A stretch of DNA of 64,000 nt, taken from a virus. Lineage: Duplodnaviria; Heunggongvirae; Uroviricota; Caudoviricetes. Numbering within the stretch: the stretch's first letter is position 1; every line of letters begins with the position of its first letter. The position numbers and the translations under genes are program-made. The stretch is from IMG/VR virus record IMGVR_UViG_2823670853_000002; one strand, written 5' to 3'. This document shows, piece by piece, positions 39,312 through 48,502 of this stretch. The notes under the pieces were generated by a model, which searched no databases, was not told the DNA's origin, and saw only the letters and a list, made by a program, of their open reading frames with translations.

Positions 39312-40121
39312 ATGCAAGAAGAAAAACAATACTACCTCTACGTTCTGGTGCCGGAGAACGGAGATACTTTTAAAATCGGCATTTCATGTGGTCCATTGGC
39401 ACGGTTTAAAGGGCTACAAGTGAGTCCCGATTTTGCGCTTTCACGGGTCTATCGTGGTACGCGTTTGGCAATGGTTAATCTTGAGCGAGCTTTACACGCA
39501 ACCTTTTTCCCCTGGAATGCGCCGTGGGAGAAAAGCGCCGGTGGCGGGCATACTGAATGGTTTACACGAGAGTGTCTTGATAAGGTTTTGGCTCATATCG
39601 AATATCTAAATGATATGTGGGGAGGGATTCTCGAGCGCATTAAGTCGAATGATTTACTTCAGCGTCCAGTAGATGCTGCTTGCTCTTTCGAAAAAGAGCT
39701 GGATGTTACTTCTATCGTGACTTTCAAAGATGACGCAGGAATGAGGGACGTGGCTTATGTCTCCATATCTGGCTATGAACCGGACGCGATCCGCGCTCAA
39801 TGTGAATTGCTGAAAGCAATGTTTATGCTTCGGACTAAATATCCCTGGGAGACAGGGCGGGTGTGCTTCCCTATGGAAGAGTTAACCGCCACCATTGATT
39901 CCCAGCTTTACCACGATAATCCAGAGAAGTTTTTTAGCCTTTTAGCCGGTAATGGGCTTAACTGTGTGTCCGGGCTGGGGCGAAGTAGAATCCAACATGC
40001 CTCGCTCTTCGGTCCCTTCTTTTACGATCGACACGGGTACTTTGAGGCTGAACTTCCGGCGCTTACGCGTGCTATAGATACTATCGATTTCGAACGATTA
40101 TTCGCTGCTCTTAGCAAATAA
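39312..40121 (+). CDS. T5orf172 / GIY-YIG-like N-terminal domain protein with unknown C-terminal domain
   Basis: YYLYVLVPENGDTFKIGIS..GPLARFKGLQ...LERALHATF...GGHTEWF matches the T5orf172 pattern (hydrophobic strand, KIG, R..L, E..LH, EWF); 269 aa; own terminator. Confidence 0.55.
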   Translation: MQEEKQYYLYVLVPENGDTFKIGISCGPLARFKGLQVSPDFALSRVYRGTRLAMVNLERALHATFFPWNAPWEKSAGGGHTEWFTRECLDKVLAHIEYLNDMWGGILERIKSNDLLQRPVDAACSFEKELDVTSIVTFKDDAGMRDVAYVSISGYEPDAIRAQCELLKAMFMLRTKYPWETGRVCFPMEELTATIDSQLYHDNPEKFFSLLAGNGLNCVSGLGRSRIQHASLFGPFFYDRHGYFEAELPALTRAIDTIDFERLFAALSK

Positions 40122-40128
40122 CACTGAT

Positions 40129-40149
40129 GCCCCTGAACGGGGCTTTTTT
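40129..40149 (+). terminator. Rho-independent terminator
   Basis: GCCCCTGAACGGGGC followed by TTTTTT. Confidence 0.8.
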
Positions 40150-40236
40150 GTGCCCTCCTTGTAACTCTCAATCGTGCAAAATGAACCAAACATGCAGAGA
40201 ATGCTATGTACAAGCATCTGTGCATACATTATTATT

Positions 40237-40276
40237 TTATGCAGCATTTTTAAGTAAATTCAAAAATACAGCATAA
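40237..40276. promoter_or_regulatory. parOP: large imperfect palindrome at the par promoter
   Basis: TTATGCAGCATTTTTAAGTAAATTCAAAAATACAGCATAA, ~40-bp inverted repeat 14 nt upstream of parA. Confidence 0.65.
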
Positions 40277-40289
40277 AGGATGACTTTCG

Positions 40290-41486
40290 ATGAGTGATTC
40301 CAGCCAGCTTCACAAGGTTGCTCAAAGAGCAAATAGAATGCTCAATGTTCTGACTGAACAAGTACAGTTGCAAAAGGATGAGCTACACGCGAACGAGTTT
40401 TACCAGGTCTATGCGAAAGCGGCACTGGCAAAATTGCCTCTACTGACTCGAGCGAACGTTGACTATGCCGTAAGTGAAATGGAAGAAAAGGGCTATGTTT
40501 TCGATAAACGCCCTGCTGGCTCTTCAATGAAATATGCGATGTCAATTCAGAACATCATTGACATATATGAACATCGCGGAGTGCCAAAATACCGGGATCG
40601 CTACAGCGAAGCGTATGTGATTTTCATCTCCAATCTTAAAGGCGGTGTGTCAAAAACTGTATCGACGGTTTCTCTGGCGCATGCAATGCGTGCCCACCCT
40701 CATCTTCTGATGGAAGATTTAAGGATTCTGGTTATTGACCTTGATCCGCAATCTTCAGCAACGATGTTTTTAAGCCATAAACACTCTATTGGTATCGTAA
40801 ACGCAACATCTGCACAGGCTATGTTGCAGAATGTAAGCCGTGAAGAGCTGTTAGAGGAGTTTATTGTTCCTTCTGTTGTACCTGGGGTTGACGTTATGCC
40901 TGCGTCGATTGACGATGCCTTTATTGCATCCGATTGGAGAGAGCTGTGCAATGAGCATCTACCGGGTCAGAACATCCATGCTGTCCTGAAAGAAAATGTG
41001 ATTGATAAGCTGAAGAGCGATTATGACTTTATCCTCGTTGATAGTGGTCCTCACCTTGACGCCTTCCTGAAAAATGCTTTGGCCTCGGCCAATATACTGT
41101 TTACACCTCTGCCGCCAGCAACTGTCGATTTCCACTCATCGCTTAAATACGTTGCCCGCCTTCCTGAGTTGGTGAAACTCATTTCGGATGAAGGCTGCGA
41201 GTGCCAGCTTGCGACTAACATTGGTTTTATGTCCAAGTTGAGTAACAAGGCAGATCATAAGTATTGCCATAGCTTGGCTAAAGAAGTGTTCGGTGGGGAT
41301 ATGCTCGATGTCGTCCTCCCTCGCCTTGACGGTTTTGAACGCTGCGGCGAGTCTTTTGACACTGTTATTTCAGCTAACCCGGCAACGTATGTTGGTAGTG
41401 CTGATGCATTGAAGAACGCGCGAATTGCTGCGGAAGATTTTGCTAAAGCAGTTTTTGACCGTATTGAATTTATCAGATCTAACTGA
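40290..41486 (+). CDS. parA: Partition ATPase ParA (type Ia)
   Basis: 398 aa; deviant Walker A NLKGGVSKT; N-terminal HTH region; sequence matches my recollection of P1 ParA. Confidence 0.95.
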   Translation: MSDSSQLHKVAQRANRMLNVLTEQVQLQKDELHANEFYQVYAKAALAKLPLLTRANVDYAVSEMEEKGYVFDKRPAGSSMKYAMSIQNIIDIYEHRGVPKYRDRYSEAYVIFISNLKGGVSKTVSTVSLAHAMRAHPHLLMEDLRILVIDLDPQSSATMFLSHKHSIGIVNATSAQAMLQNVSREELLEEFIVPSVVPGVDVMPASIDDAFIASDWRELCNEHLPGQNIHAVLKENVIDKLKSDYDFILVDSGPHLDAFLKNALASANILFTPLPPATVDFHSSLKYVARLPELVKLISDEGCECQLATNIGFMSKLSNKADHKYCHSLAKEVFGGDMLDVVLPRLDGFERCGESFDTVISANPATYVGSADALKNARIAAEDFAKAVFDRIEFIRSN

Positions 41487-41502
41487 GGAGTAAGAAACCC
41501 CC

Positions 41503-42504
41503 ATGTCAAAGAAAAACAGACCAACAATTGGGCGAACCCTTAATCCTTCAATATTAAGCGGATTTGATAGTTCTTCAGCCTCTGGCGATCGAGTCGAGCA
41601 GGTATTCAAGTTATCAACTGGTCGCCAGGCCACATTTATTGAAGAGGTAATACCTCCGAACCAGGTAGAAAGCGATACCTTTGTTGATCAGCATAACAAC
41701 GGGCGTGACCAGGCATCTCTTACGCCAAAATCATTAAAAAGTATCCGAAGCACTATTAAGCATCAGCAATTTTACCCTGCAATAGGTGTTAGACGGGCTA
41801 CAGGGAAAATTGAAATTTTGGATGGTTCCCGGCGTCGAGCTTCTGCCATCTTAGAGAACGTAGGGTTGCGGGTTTTAGTCACGGACCAGGAGATCAGCGT
41901 TCAGGAAGCGCAAAATTTAGCGAAAGACGTTCAGACAGCATTGCAGCACAGCATTCGAGAAATAGGTCTGCGTTTGATGCGAATGAAAAATGATGGGATG
42001 AGTCAGAAGGATATTGCAGCCAAAGAAGGGCTGTCTCAGGCGAAGGTCACGCGTGCTCTCCAGGCAGCGAGTGCTCCGGAAGAATTAGTCGCCCTTTTCC
42101 CTGTGCAGTCGGAATTAACCTTTTCGGACTACAAAACACTTTGTGCTGTTGGCGACGAAATGGGGAACAAGAATTTAGAGTTTGATCAGCTTATTCAAAA
42201 CATATCCCCGGAAATAAACGACATCTTATCCATTGAAGAAATGGCCGAAGATGAAGTTAAAAATAAAATCCTGCGCTTGATAACAAAGGAAGCCTCACTA
42301 CTCACGGATAAAGGTTCTAAAGATAAGTCCGTAGTTACTGAATTATGGAAATTTGAGGACAAGGATCGCTTTGCAAGGAAGCGCGTGAAAGGCCGTGCAT
42401 TTTCTTATGAGTTTAATCGACTTTCAAAAGAGCTACAGGAAGAACTCGACAGGATGATTGGGCATATCCTTAGAAAGAGCCTCGATAAAAAGCCGAAGCC
42501 TTAA
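41503..42504 (+). CDS. parB: Centromere-binding protein ParB
   Basis: 333 aa; ParB box ILDGSRRRAS and HTH region; followed by parS. Confidence 0.95.
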   Translation: MSKKNRPTIGRTLNPSILSGFDSSSASGDRVEQVFKLSTGRQATFIEEVIPPNQVESDTFVDQHNNGRDQASLTPKSLKSIRSTIKHQQFYPAIGVRRATGKIEILDGSRRRASAILENVGLRVLVTDQEISVQEAQNLAKDVQTALQHSIREIGLRLMRMKNDGMSQKDIAAKEGLSQAKVTRALQAASAPEELVALFPVQSELTFSDYKTLCAVGDEMGNKNLEFDQLIQNISPEINDILSIEEMAEDEVKNKILRLITKEASLLTDKGSKDKSVVTELWKFEDKDRFARKRVKGRAFSYEFNRLSKELQEELDRMIGHILRKSLDKKPKP

Positions 42505-42508
42505 ACTT

Positions 42509-42596
42509 TCGCCATTCAAATTTCACTATTAAACTACTGTTTTTAAAGTAAATCCCTCTAAAATTTCAAGGTGAAATCGCCACGATTTCACCTTGG
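42509..42596 (+). other. parS centromere
   Basis: Box B TCGCCA (42509, 42577). Box A ATTTCAC/ATTTCAA (42520, 42563, inverted 42571, 42585). The boxes flank an AT-rich IHF-type spacer, as in P1 parS. Confidence 0.85.
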
Positions 42597-42650
42597 ATTT
42601 TACCTTCCTCCCCTACTCCCGAAAAAAATAAAAAAATTGCTTGTCACGAG

Positions 42651-42678
42651 AAAGTCAACAAGTGACTTTCAATAAAAT
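42651..42678 (+). promoter_or_regulatory. Late promoter upstream of head gene 23
   Basis: AAAGTCA-ACAAG-TGACTTT inverted repeat followed by CAATAAAAT (-10 TAAAAT). Confidence 0.6.
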
Positions 42679-42729
42679 CTCTTCCGAAAAGGGATTCACA
42701 CAAGTGCCTTGTGTTTAAGGAAGAGTAAA

Positions 42730-44436
42730 TTGAGTAACTTACGCGAATACCAGAATCGTATTGCAGATATCGCAAAACGCTCTAAAGCTGTGCTTGGCTG
42801 GGCAAGCACTGCGCAGTTCGGTACTGATAACCAATTCATTAAAGATGATGCCGCGCGTGCCGCATCTATCCTTGAAGCTGCACGTAAAGACCCGGTTTTT
42901 GCGGGTATCTCTGATAATGCCACCGCTCAAATCGCTACAGCGTGGGCAAGTGCACTGGCTGACTACGCCGCAGCACATAAATCTATGCCGCGTCCGGAAA
43001 TTCTGGCCTCCTGCCACCAGACGCTGGAAAACTGCCTGATTGAGTCCACCCGCAATAGCATGGATGCCACTAATAAAGCGATGCTGGAATCCGTCGCAGC
43101 AGAGATGATGAGCGTTTCTGACGGTGTTATGCGTCTGCCTTTATTCCTCGCGATGATCCTGCCTGTTCAGTTGGGGGCAGCTACCGCTGATGCGTGTACC
43201 TTCATTCCGGTTACGCGTGACCAGTCCGACATCTATGAAGTCTTTAACGTGGCAGGTTCCTCTTTTGGTTCTTATGCTGCTGGTGATGTTCTGGACATGC
43301 AATCCGTCGGTGTGTACAGCCAGTTACGTCGCCGCTATGTGCTGGTGGCAAGCTCCGATGGCACCAGCAAAACCGCAACCTTCAAGATGGAAGACTTCGA
43401 AGGCCAGAATGTACCAATCCGAAAAGGTCGCACTAACATCTACGTTAACCGTATTAAGTCTGTTGTTGATAACGGTTCCGGCAGCCTACTTCACTCGTTT
43501 ACTAATGCTGCTGGTGAGCAAATCACTGTTACCTGCTCTCTGAACTACAACATTGGTCAGATTGCCCTGTCGTTCTCCAAAGCGCCGGATAAAGGCACTG
43601 AGATCGCAATTGAGACGGAAATCAATATTGAAGCCGCTCCTGAGCTGATCCCGCTGATCAACCACGAAATGAAGAAATACACCCTGTTCCCAAGTCAGTT
43701 CGTTATCGCGGCTGAGCACACGGTACAGGCGGCGTATGAAGCACAGCGTGAATTTGGTCTGGACCTGGGTTCCCTACAGTTCCGCACCCTGAAGGAATAC
43801 CTGTCTCATGAACAGGATATGCTGCGTCTTCGCATCATGATCTGGCGCACTCTTGCGACCGACACCTTTGACATCGCTCTGCCGGTTAACCAGTCCTTTG
43901 ATGTATGGGCAACCATTATTCGTGGCAAATTCCAGACTGTATATCGCGACATTATTGAGCGCGTTAAATCTTCTGGTGCGATGGGGATGTTTGCTGGTGC
44001 TGATGCAGCATCTTTCTTCAAACAGTTGCCGAAGGATTTCTTCCAGCCAGCCGAAGACTATATCCAGACTCCGTATGTTCACTACATCGGTACCCTGTTC
44101 GGTAACGTGAAAGTGTACGAAGTACCTGCTGGTATTTGTAAGAACTTAACGACAGAGAACATTCAGTTCAGCTCGATGGATGTGCTGTGCTACGTCCGTG
44201 ATGAAAATCCGGGTAAAGCAGGCTTCGTGACTGGTGATGCTGTCCCGGCGATCCCGTTCCAGCATCCGACCACTCCGGCGCTGGTCAACCGTACCACACT
44301 GTGGGGTTCGGCTATCAACGATATGCACCCACGCAACGGCGCTGATTACTTCACTCGTGTAACGCTGACAATGGCCAAAAAAGGCGGGCTTAACTTCATA
44401 AGCGGCGACACGATTGATGCCGGTGACTCTGAGTAA
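42730..44436 (+). CDS. 23: Major head protein (gene 23); TTG start at 42730 preferred
   Basis: ~62 kDa ORF after parS as in P1; TAAGGAAGAG RBS ahead of the TTG at 42730 (track start 42709 is also a TTG). Confidence 0.65.
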   Translation: MSNLREYQNRIADIAKRSKAVLGWASTAQFGTDNQFIKDDAARAASILEAARKDPVFAGISDNATAQIATAWASALADYAAAHKSMPRPEILASCHQTLENCLIESTRNSMDATNKAMLESVAAEMMSVSDGVMRLPLFLAMILPVQLGAATADACTFIPVTRDQSDIYEVFNVAGSSFGSYAAGDVLDMQSVGVYSQLRRRYVLVASSDGTSKTATFKMEDFEGQNVPIRKGRTNIYVNRIKSVVDNGSGSLLHSFTNAAGEQITVTCSLNYNIGQIALSFSKAPDKGTEIAIETEINIEAAPELIPLINHEMKKYTLFPSQFVIAAEHTVQAAYEAQREFGLDLGSLQFRTLKEYLSHEQDMLRLRIMIWRTLATDTFDIALPVNQSFDVWATIIRGKFQTVYRDIIERVKSSGAMGMFAGADAASFFKQLPKDFFQPAEDYIQTPYVHYIGTLFGNVKVYEVPAGICKNLTTENIQFSSMDVLCYVRDENPGKAGFVTGDAVPAIPFQHPTTPALVNRTTLWGSAINDMHPRNGADYFTRVTLTMAKKGGLNFISGDTIDAGDSE

Positions 44437-44496
44437 TCAGGGGAAGTTCTCCGTTTAACATAGCGCCCCCGTGCGGGGCGCATAACAGGGAAAGTT

Positions 44497-46086
44497 ATGT
44501 CTCAATATTCAATTCAACAGTCATTAGGTAATGCATCCGGCGTCGCGGTTAGCCCGATCAATGCCGATGCGACGTTATCTACCGGTGTTGCATTAAATAG
44601 CAGCTTGTGGGCTGGTATTGGCGTATTTGCGCGTGGCAAGCCGTTTACTGTTCTCGCTGTTACTGAGTCCAATTACGAAGATGTTCTCGGCGAACCGCTG
44701 AAACCGTCTTCCGGCTCACAGTTCGAACCAATTCGTCATGTGTACGAAGCTATTCAGCAAACGTCTGGTTATGTTGTTCGTGCTGTTCCGGATGATGCGA
44801 AATTCCCGATTATTATGTTCGATGAATCAGGCGAACCAGCTTACAGTGCGTTGCCATACGGTTCTGAAATTGAACTTGATAGCGGCGAAGCCTTTGCTAT
44901 CTACGTTGATGATGGTGATCCGTGTATTTCACCTACCCGTGAGTTAACCATCGAAACGGCAACAGCGGACAGCGCGGGTAATGAACGCTTCCTCTTAAAA
45001 CTGACCCAGACGACTTCGCTCGGCGTGGTAACGACCCTGGAGACACACACTGTGTCTTTGGCGGAAGAAGCGAAAGATGACATGGGCCGCTTGTGTTATC
45101 TGCCTACGGCTCTGGAAGCCCGTTCTAAATATCTGCGCGCGGTTGTTAATGAAGAGCTGATTTCGACAGCGAAAGTAACAAACAAAAAATCGTTGGCGTT
45201 CACTGGCGGTACCAACGGCGATCAGTCGAAAATCTCAACCGCTGCGTACCTGCGTGCGGTTAAAGTGCTGAATAATGCGCCGTACATGTACACCGCTGTT
45301 CTTGGCCTGGGCTGCTATGACAATGCGGCTATCACCGCATTAGGTAAAATCTGTGCAGATCGCCTGATTGATGGCTTCTTTGATGTCAAACCGACATTGA
45401 CGTACACGGAAGCGATCTCTGCTGTTGAAGATACCGGTTTACTTGGTACCGATTATGTAAGCTGTGCTGTCTATCACTACCCGTTCTCCTGCAAAGACAA
45501 ATGGACCCAATCCCGTGTGGTCTTTGGTCTGTCTGGCGTGGCGTATGCGGCGAAAGCTCGTGGCGTCAAGAAAAACTCTGATGTCGGCGGTTGGCATTAC
45601 TCACCGGCTGGTGAAGAACGTGCCGTCATTGCTCGTGCGTCAATTCAACCGCTGTATCCGGAAGATACCCCGGACGAAGAAGCAATGGTCAAGGGCCGTC
45701 TCAATAAAGTATCTGTTGGCACCTCTGGCCAGATGATCATCGACGATGCTTTAACTTGCTGCACGCAGGATAACTATCTGCACTTCCAGCACGTCCCATC
45801 CCTGATGAATGCAATCAGCCGTTTCTTTGTCCAGTTAGCCCGACAGATGAAGCATAGCCCGGACGGTATTACTGCGGCTGGCCTGACTAAAGGGATGACC
45901 AAACTTTTAGATCGCTTTGTCGCCTCCGGCGCTCTGGTGGCTCCTCGTGATCCTGATGCTGACGGTACAGAACCGTATGTGCTGAAAGTTACGCAGGCGG
46001 AATTCGATAAATGGGAAGTAGTCTGGGCCTGCTGCCCGACTGGCGTAGCCCGTCGTATCCAGGGCGTACCGCTGCTTATTAAGTAA
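44497..46086 (+). CDS. 22: Contractile tail sheath protein (gene 22)
   Basis: 529 aa (~57 kDa) following gene 23; size and position as recalled for P1 gp22. Confidence 0.6.
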   Translation: MSQYSIQQSLGNASGVAVSPINADATLSTGVALNSSLWAGIGVFARGKPFTVLAVTESNYEDVLGEPLKPSSGSQFEPIRHVYEAIQQTSGYVVRAVPDDAKFPIIMFDESGEPAYSALPYGSEIELDSGEAFAIYVDDGDPCISPTRELTIETATADSAGNERFLLKLTQTTSLGVVTTLETHTVSLAEEAKDDMGRLCYLPTALEARSKYLRAVVNEELISTAKVTNKKSLAFTGGTNGDQSKISTAAYLRAVKVLNNAPYMYTAVLGLGCYDNAAITALGKICADRLIDGFFDVKPTLTYTEAISAVEDTGLLGTDYVSCAVYHYPFSCKDKWTQSRVVFGLSGVAYAAKARGVKKNSDVGGWHYSPAGEERAVIARASIQPLYPEDTPDEEAMVKGRLNKVSVGTSGQMIIDDALTCCTQDNYLHFQHVPSLMNAISRFFVQLARQMKHSPDGITAAGLTKGMTKLLDRFVASGALVAPRDPDADGTEPYVLKVTQAEFDKWEVVWACCPTGVARRIQGVPLLIK

Positions 46087-46095
46087 GGGAATACA

Positions 46096-46911
46096 ATGAG
46101 CAAAAACTTTTTTCAATCCGGGGCATTTTTGGGGAATGGACTGTCTCGTTTCGCTTTGAACTCTGATCCTGTGCAGCTGATGGAGTCTGCCCGAGCAAGC
46201 GCTGAACCGCCAACAGATCCGGTTATTAATAATAATCCGGAACCGGCGGCACAGACTAACGATAACGTTCCATCTGCCCAGGCTCCTGAGCAAATCCTGG
46301 AAGGGAAAGACGGTAAAGAATGGACCGTCGAACAGGCGCACCAGATGATTCTGGAAGCTGCAAATCGAAGTGCTATGCAAAATGCGTTGAGTGATGCGGC
46401 CGACGCCGTTTTCGCCTGGGCTGATAGCGGTGATCTGACTTTCGACTCCCTTGATGGTTTCGTTCAGGCTATCGCTGGTATCTCTGATGACGACGACTCC
46501 GAAGTTACAGAAGAACAGGACGATGCCTATAACGAAGCATGGGCAAATGTTGCTGACTTCCTCGCAGCATGCGGTGTAGATGATGACCTGATCGAAGCAC
46601 TGGCTGACGATGAAGACGACGACGCAGCTGCTGATGTTGGTGCCTCTATCGCTGGTTTAGATAGCGACGACCGCGACGAACTGGAAGCGGCGTTTGTTGT
46701 TGCTGGCACTTCTGATGAAATGCTGACTGAAGCATTTAAGAAGGTTGTTCGTAACGGTGAGATCAAACTCATCCGTAAACGCCTGCGTAAAAAACGTCTG
46801 ACTGCGGCTCAAAAATCGGCGCTGAAAAAAGCGCGTCGAAAAGCCCAGACCGGCGCGGCAAAACTTGCCCGCAAAAAGTCAATGAAACTGCGCCGTAAGC
46901 GCCTTGGCTAA
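46096..46911 (+). CDS. Late protein with hyper-acidic core and poly-basic C-terminal tail
   Basis: 271 aa; D/E runs (DDDDSEVTEEQDD, DDEDDDAAAD) then KLIRKRLRKKRLTAAQKSALKKARRKAQ...KLRRKRLG. Confidence 0.55.
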   Translation: MSKNFFQSGAFLGNGLSRFALNSDPVQLMESARASAEPPTDPVINNNPEPAAQTNDNVPSAQAPEQILEGKDGKEWTVEQAHQMILEAANRSAMQNALSDAADAVFAWADSGDLTFDSLDGFVQAIAGISDDDDSEVTEEQDDAYNEAWANVADFLAACGVDDDLIEALADDEDDDAAADVGASIAGLDSDDRDELEAAFVVAGTSDEMLTEAFKKVVRNGEIKLIRKRLRKKRLTAAQKSALKKARRKAQTGAAKLARKKSMKLRRKRLG

Positions 46912-46946
46912 AGGAGGAGGCCGGGGAACTCCGGCCTTTAACTTGA

Positions 46947-47528
46947 ATGGCTCCTATAGCTTATGGGGTTTACAGCCAGGCTGACGGTGTATCGCCATAT
47001 CTGAAAGTTACTTTAACGAACTCTCAGTACCAGGTTACCGGATATATCAGCCAGGGAGCGGCAATGAACATGGCCCAGAATTGGGAAGCGCCGTTTACCG
47101 GTATGTCCATGGGATCTGTTTCTGGTGCTCTGGGTGGTTTTGTGCAAGTAGGTACTGAAACAACGTCGGTTGCCCGTTGGAATAGCTTAATGGTTTGGGA
47201 AGGGGGGACTCCGCCGACGTTCACGCTGCCTGTAACTTTCATTGCTTTGAACAATCCATTCATTGAAGTTTCAGGCGCTATCGCCGCGTTGACAGCCATG
47301 ATTAGCCCGGAACTAAAAGCGGCCAATGTTGGTGGTCGAATCCCGGAGCGCGTGACGCTAAACATTGGTCGCCGGATCAACATCACCGATGTCGCTATCC
47401 AGGACTTAAGTTTTGATCTCGATGCGCCAAGGGACAGTAATGGATATTTCCTGAAAAACACCGTCAACCTCCAGTTGACCGGTTCTTCGATATATAACAG
47501 CTCCGATATTGTTCGGGCGTTCCAGTAA
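46947..47528 (+). CDS. Late structural protein (tail/baseplate, unassigned)
   Basis: 193-aa ORF in late operon after a hairpin GGCCGGGGAACTCCGGCC. Confidence 0.5.
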   Translation: MAPIAYGVYSQADGVSPYLKVTLTNSQYQVTGYISQGAAMNMAQNWEAPFTGMSMGSVSGALGGFVQVGTETTSVARWNSLMVWEGGTPPTFTLPVTFIALNNPFIEVSGAIAALTAMISPELKAANVGGRIPERVTLNIGRRINITDVAIQDLSFDLDAPRDSNGYFLKNTVNLQLTGSSIYNSSDIVRAFQ

Positions 47529-47539
47529 AAGGATTTTAT

Positions 47540-48049
47540 ATGGGGCACAATAACACTAAGGGAAACCGTAAATTTATTAAGGGCCGCTATACTGCCAACG
47601 CGGCCAAAGGCGAACGACTGGTATCTTCTGAATTCCAGCTCACTTTTGCAGGCCATGAAGATATCAGCGTACTGGTTCGCACGTCGCAAATCCCTGAAAT
47701 GACTCGCGAGGATGTGGAGGACTATGGTCCGAATGGTGTGAAGTTCAACCAGCACGGACCAATTCGAAACTCTGGGGAAATCCAGGTCCAGTGCGTGGAG
47801 ACTATCGAAGGCGATATTCTTCAGTTCATCAAGGATCGCATTGCGGCGAAGGACTATGTTGATATCACGATGGCTGCGACCCCTGAATCCAAATCTTCCG
47901 GGGTTAACGCTGTGACAAAAGCTGCTACAACAATTGAAATGTTGGACTGCAAAATCTACAGTGATGCAATCGACTTTAGTACCGAAGATGTGACTGCCGC
48001 TGTGCGCCCGTCACTTCGTATCGTCTACAACTGGATTGAGTGGGATTAA
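47540..48049 (+). CDS. Late structural protein (tail/baseplate, unassigned)
   Basis: 169-aa ORF, last in operon before the terminator. Confidence 0.5.
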   Translation: MGHNNTKGNRKFIKGRYTANAAKGERLVSSEFQLTFAGHEDISVLVRTSQIPEMTREDVEDYGPNGVKFNQHGPIRNSGEIQVQCVETIEGDILQFIKDRIAAKDYVDITMAATPESKSSGVNAVTKAATTIEMLDCKIYSDAIDFSTEDVTAAVRPSLRIVYNWIEWD

Positions 48050-48068
48050 GAGTCATCCCTTGTATTTT

Positions 48069-48095
48069 AAAGCTCCTTCGGGAGCTTTTTTATTT
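48069..48095. terminator. Bidirectional rho-independent terminator
   Basis: AAAGCTCCTTCGGGAGCTTTTTTATTT between the convergent late operon and hok. Confidence 0.8.
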
Positions 48096-48165
48096 GGAGA
48101 GGAAAGGGTGCATTGAGGATACCTGACACACGAAGAGTGACGGGGATCTCTCCCCGCCAGGTCTC

Positions 48166-48321
48166 TTACCTTTCAGATTCGTAGGCTGTGAAGACAGTGA
48201 CCTCCGTCTGGCCGGTTCGGATTCGTACCTCGCAGAGGTCTTTCCTCGTTACCAGTGCCGTCACAATGACGGTTAAACAGATGACGATCAGAGCGATTAA
48301 CATCGCTTTTTGCTGCTTCAT
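48166..48321 (-). CDS. hok: Hok/Gef-family type I toxin (51 aa; absent from ORF track)
   Basis: Hand translation MKQQKAMLIALIVICLTVIVTALVTRKDLCEVRIRTGQTEVTVFTAYESER. Compare R1 Hok ...[46 protein letters not shown] RBS. Confidence 0.85.
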   Translation of the reverse strand: MKQQKAMLIALIVICLTVIVTALVTRKDLCEVRIRTGQTEVTVFTAYESER

Positions 48322-48379
48322 AGCCTGCTTCTCCTTGACCTTTTGGTCGGTAAGAGGCTAATCTACGTATGCTAAGCAT
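48173..48379 (-). CDS. mok: mok-like overlapping reading frame
   Basis: 68-aa ORF starting upstream of hok and overlapping it in another frame, as in hok/mok/sok loci. Confidence 0.55.
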   Translation of the reverse strand: MLSIRRLASYRPKGQGEAGYEAAKSDVNRSDRHLFNRHCDGTGNEERPLRGTNPNRPDGGHCLHSLRI

Positions 48380-48399
48380 AGATATGGCCTCAGATTAAT

Positions 48400-48480
48400 G
48401 TTAAGCGTCTTGCAGGACGCGTAATGTTATCTGGGGCTTTCTTCTATCTGCTTTTCGGGTAATGCCTGAAGCAGATAGCC
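48400..48480 (+). ncRNA. sok: Sok-like antisense RNA region (ends approximate)
   Basis: Plus-strand hairpin CTATCTGCTT...AAGCAGATAG antisense to the hok mRNA leader. hok mRNA 5' GGTGCTTGAGGCTATCTGC resembles the R1 tac element, and a CCTCAATGCACC fbi-like complement lies 3' of hok. Confidence 0.35.
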
Positions 48481-48502
48481 TCAAGCACCCGCAACGATTG
48501 TA

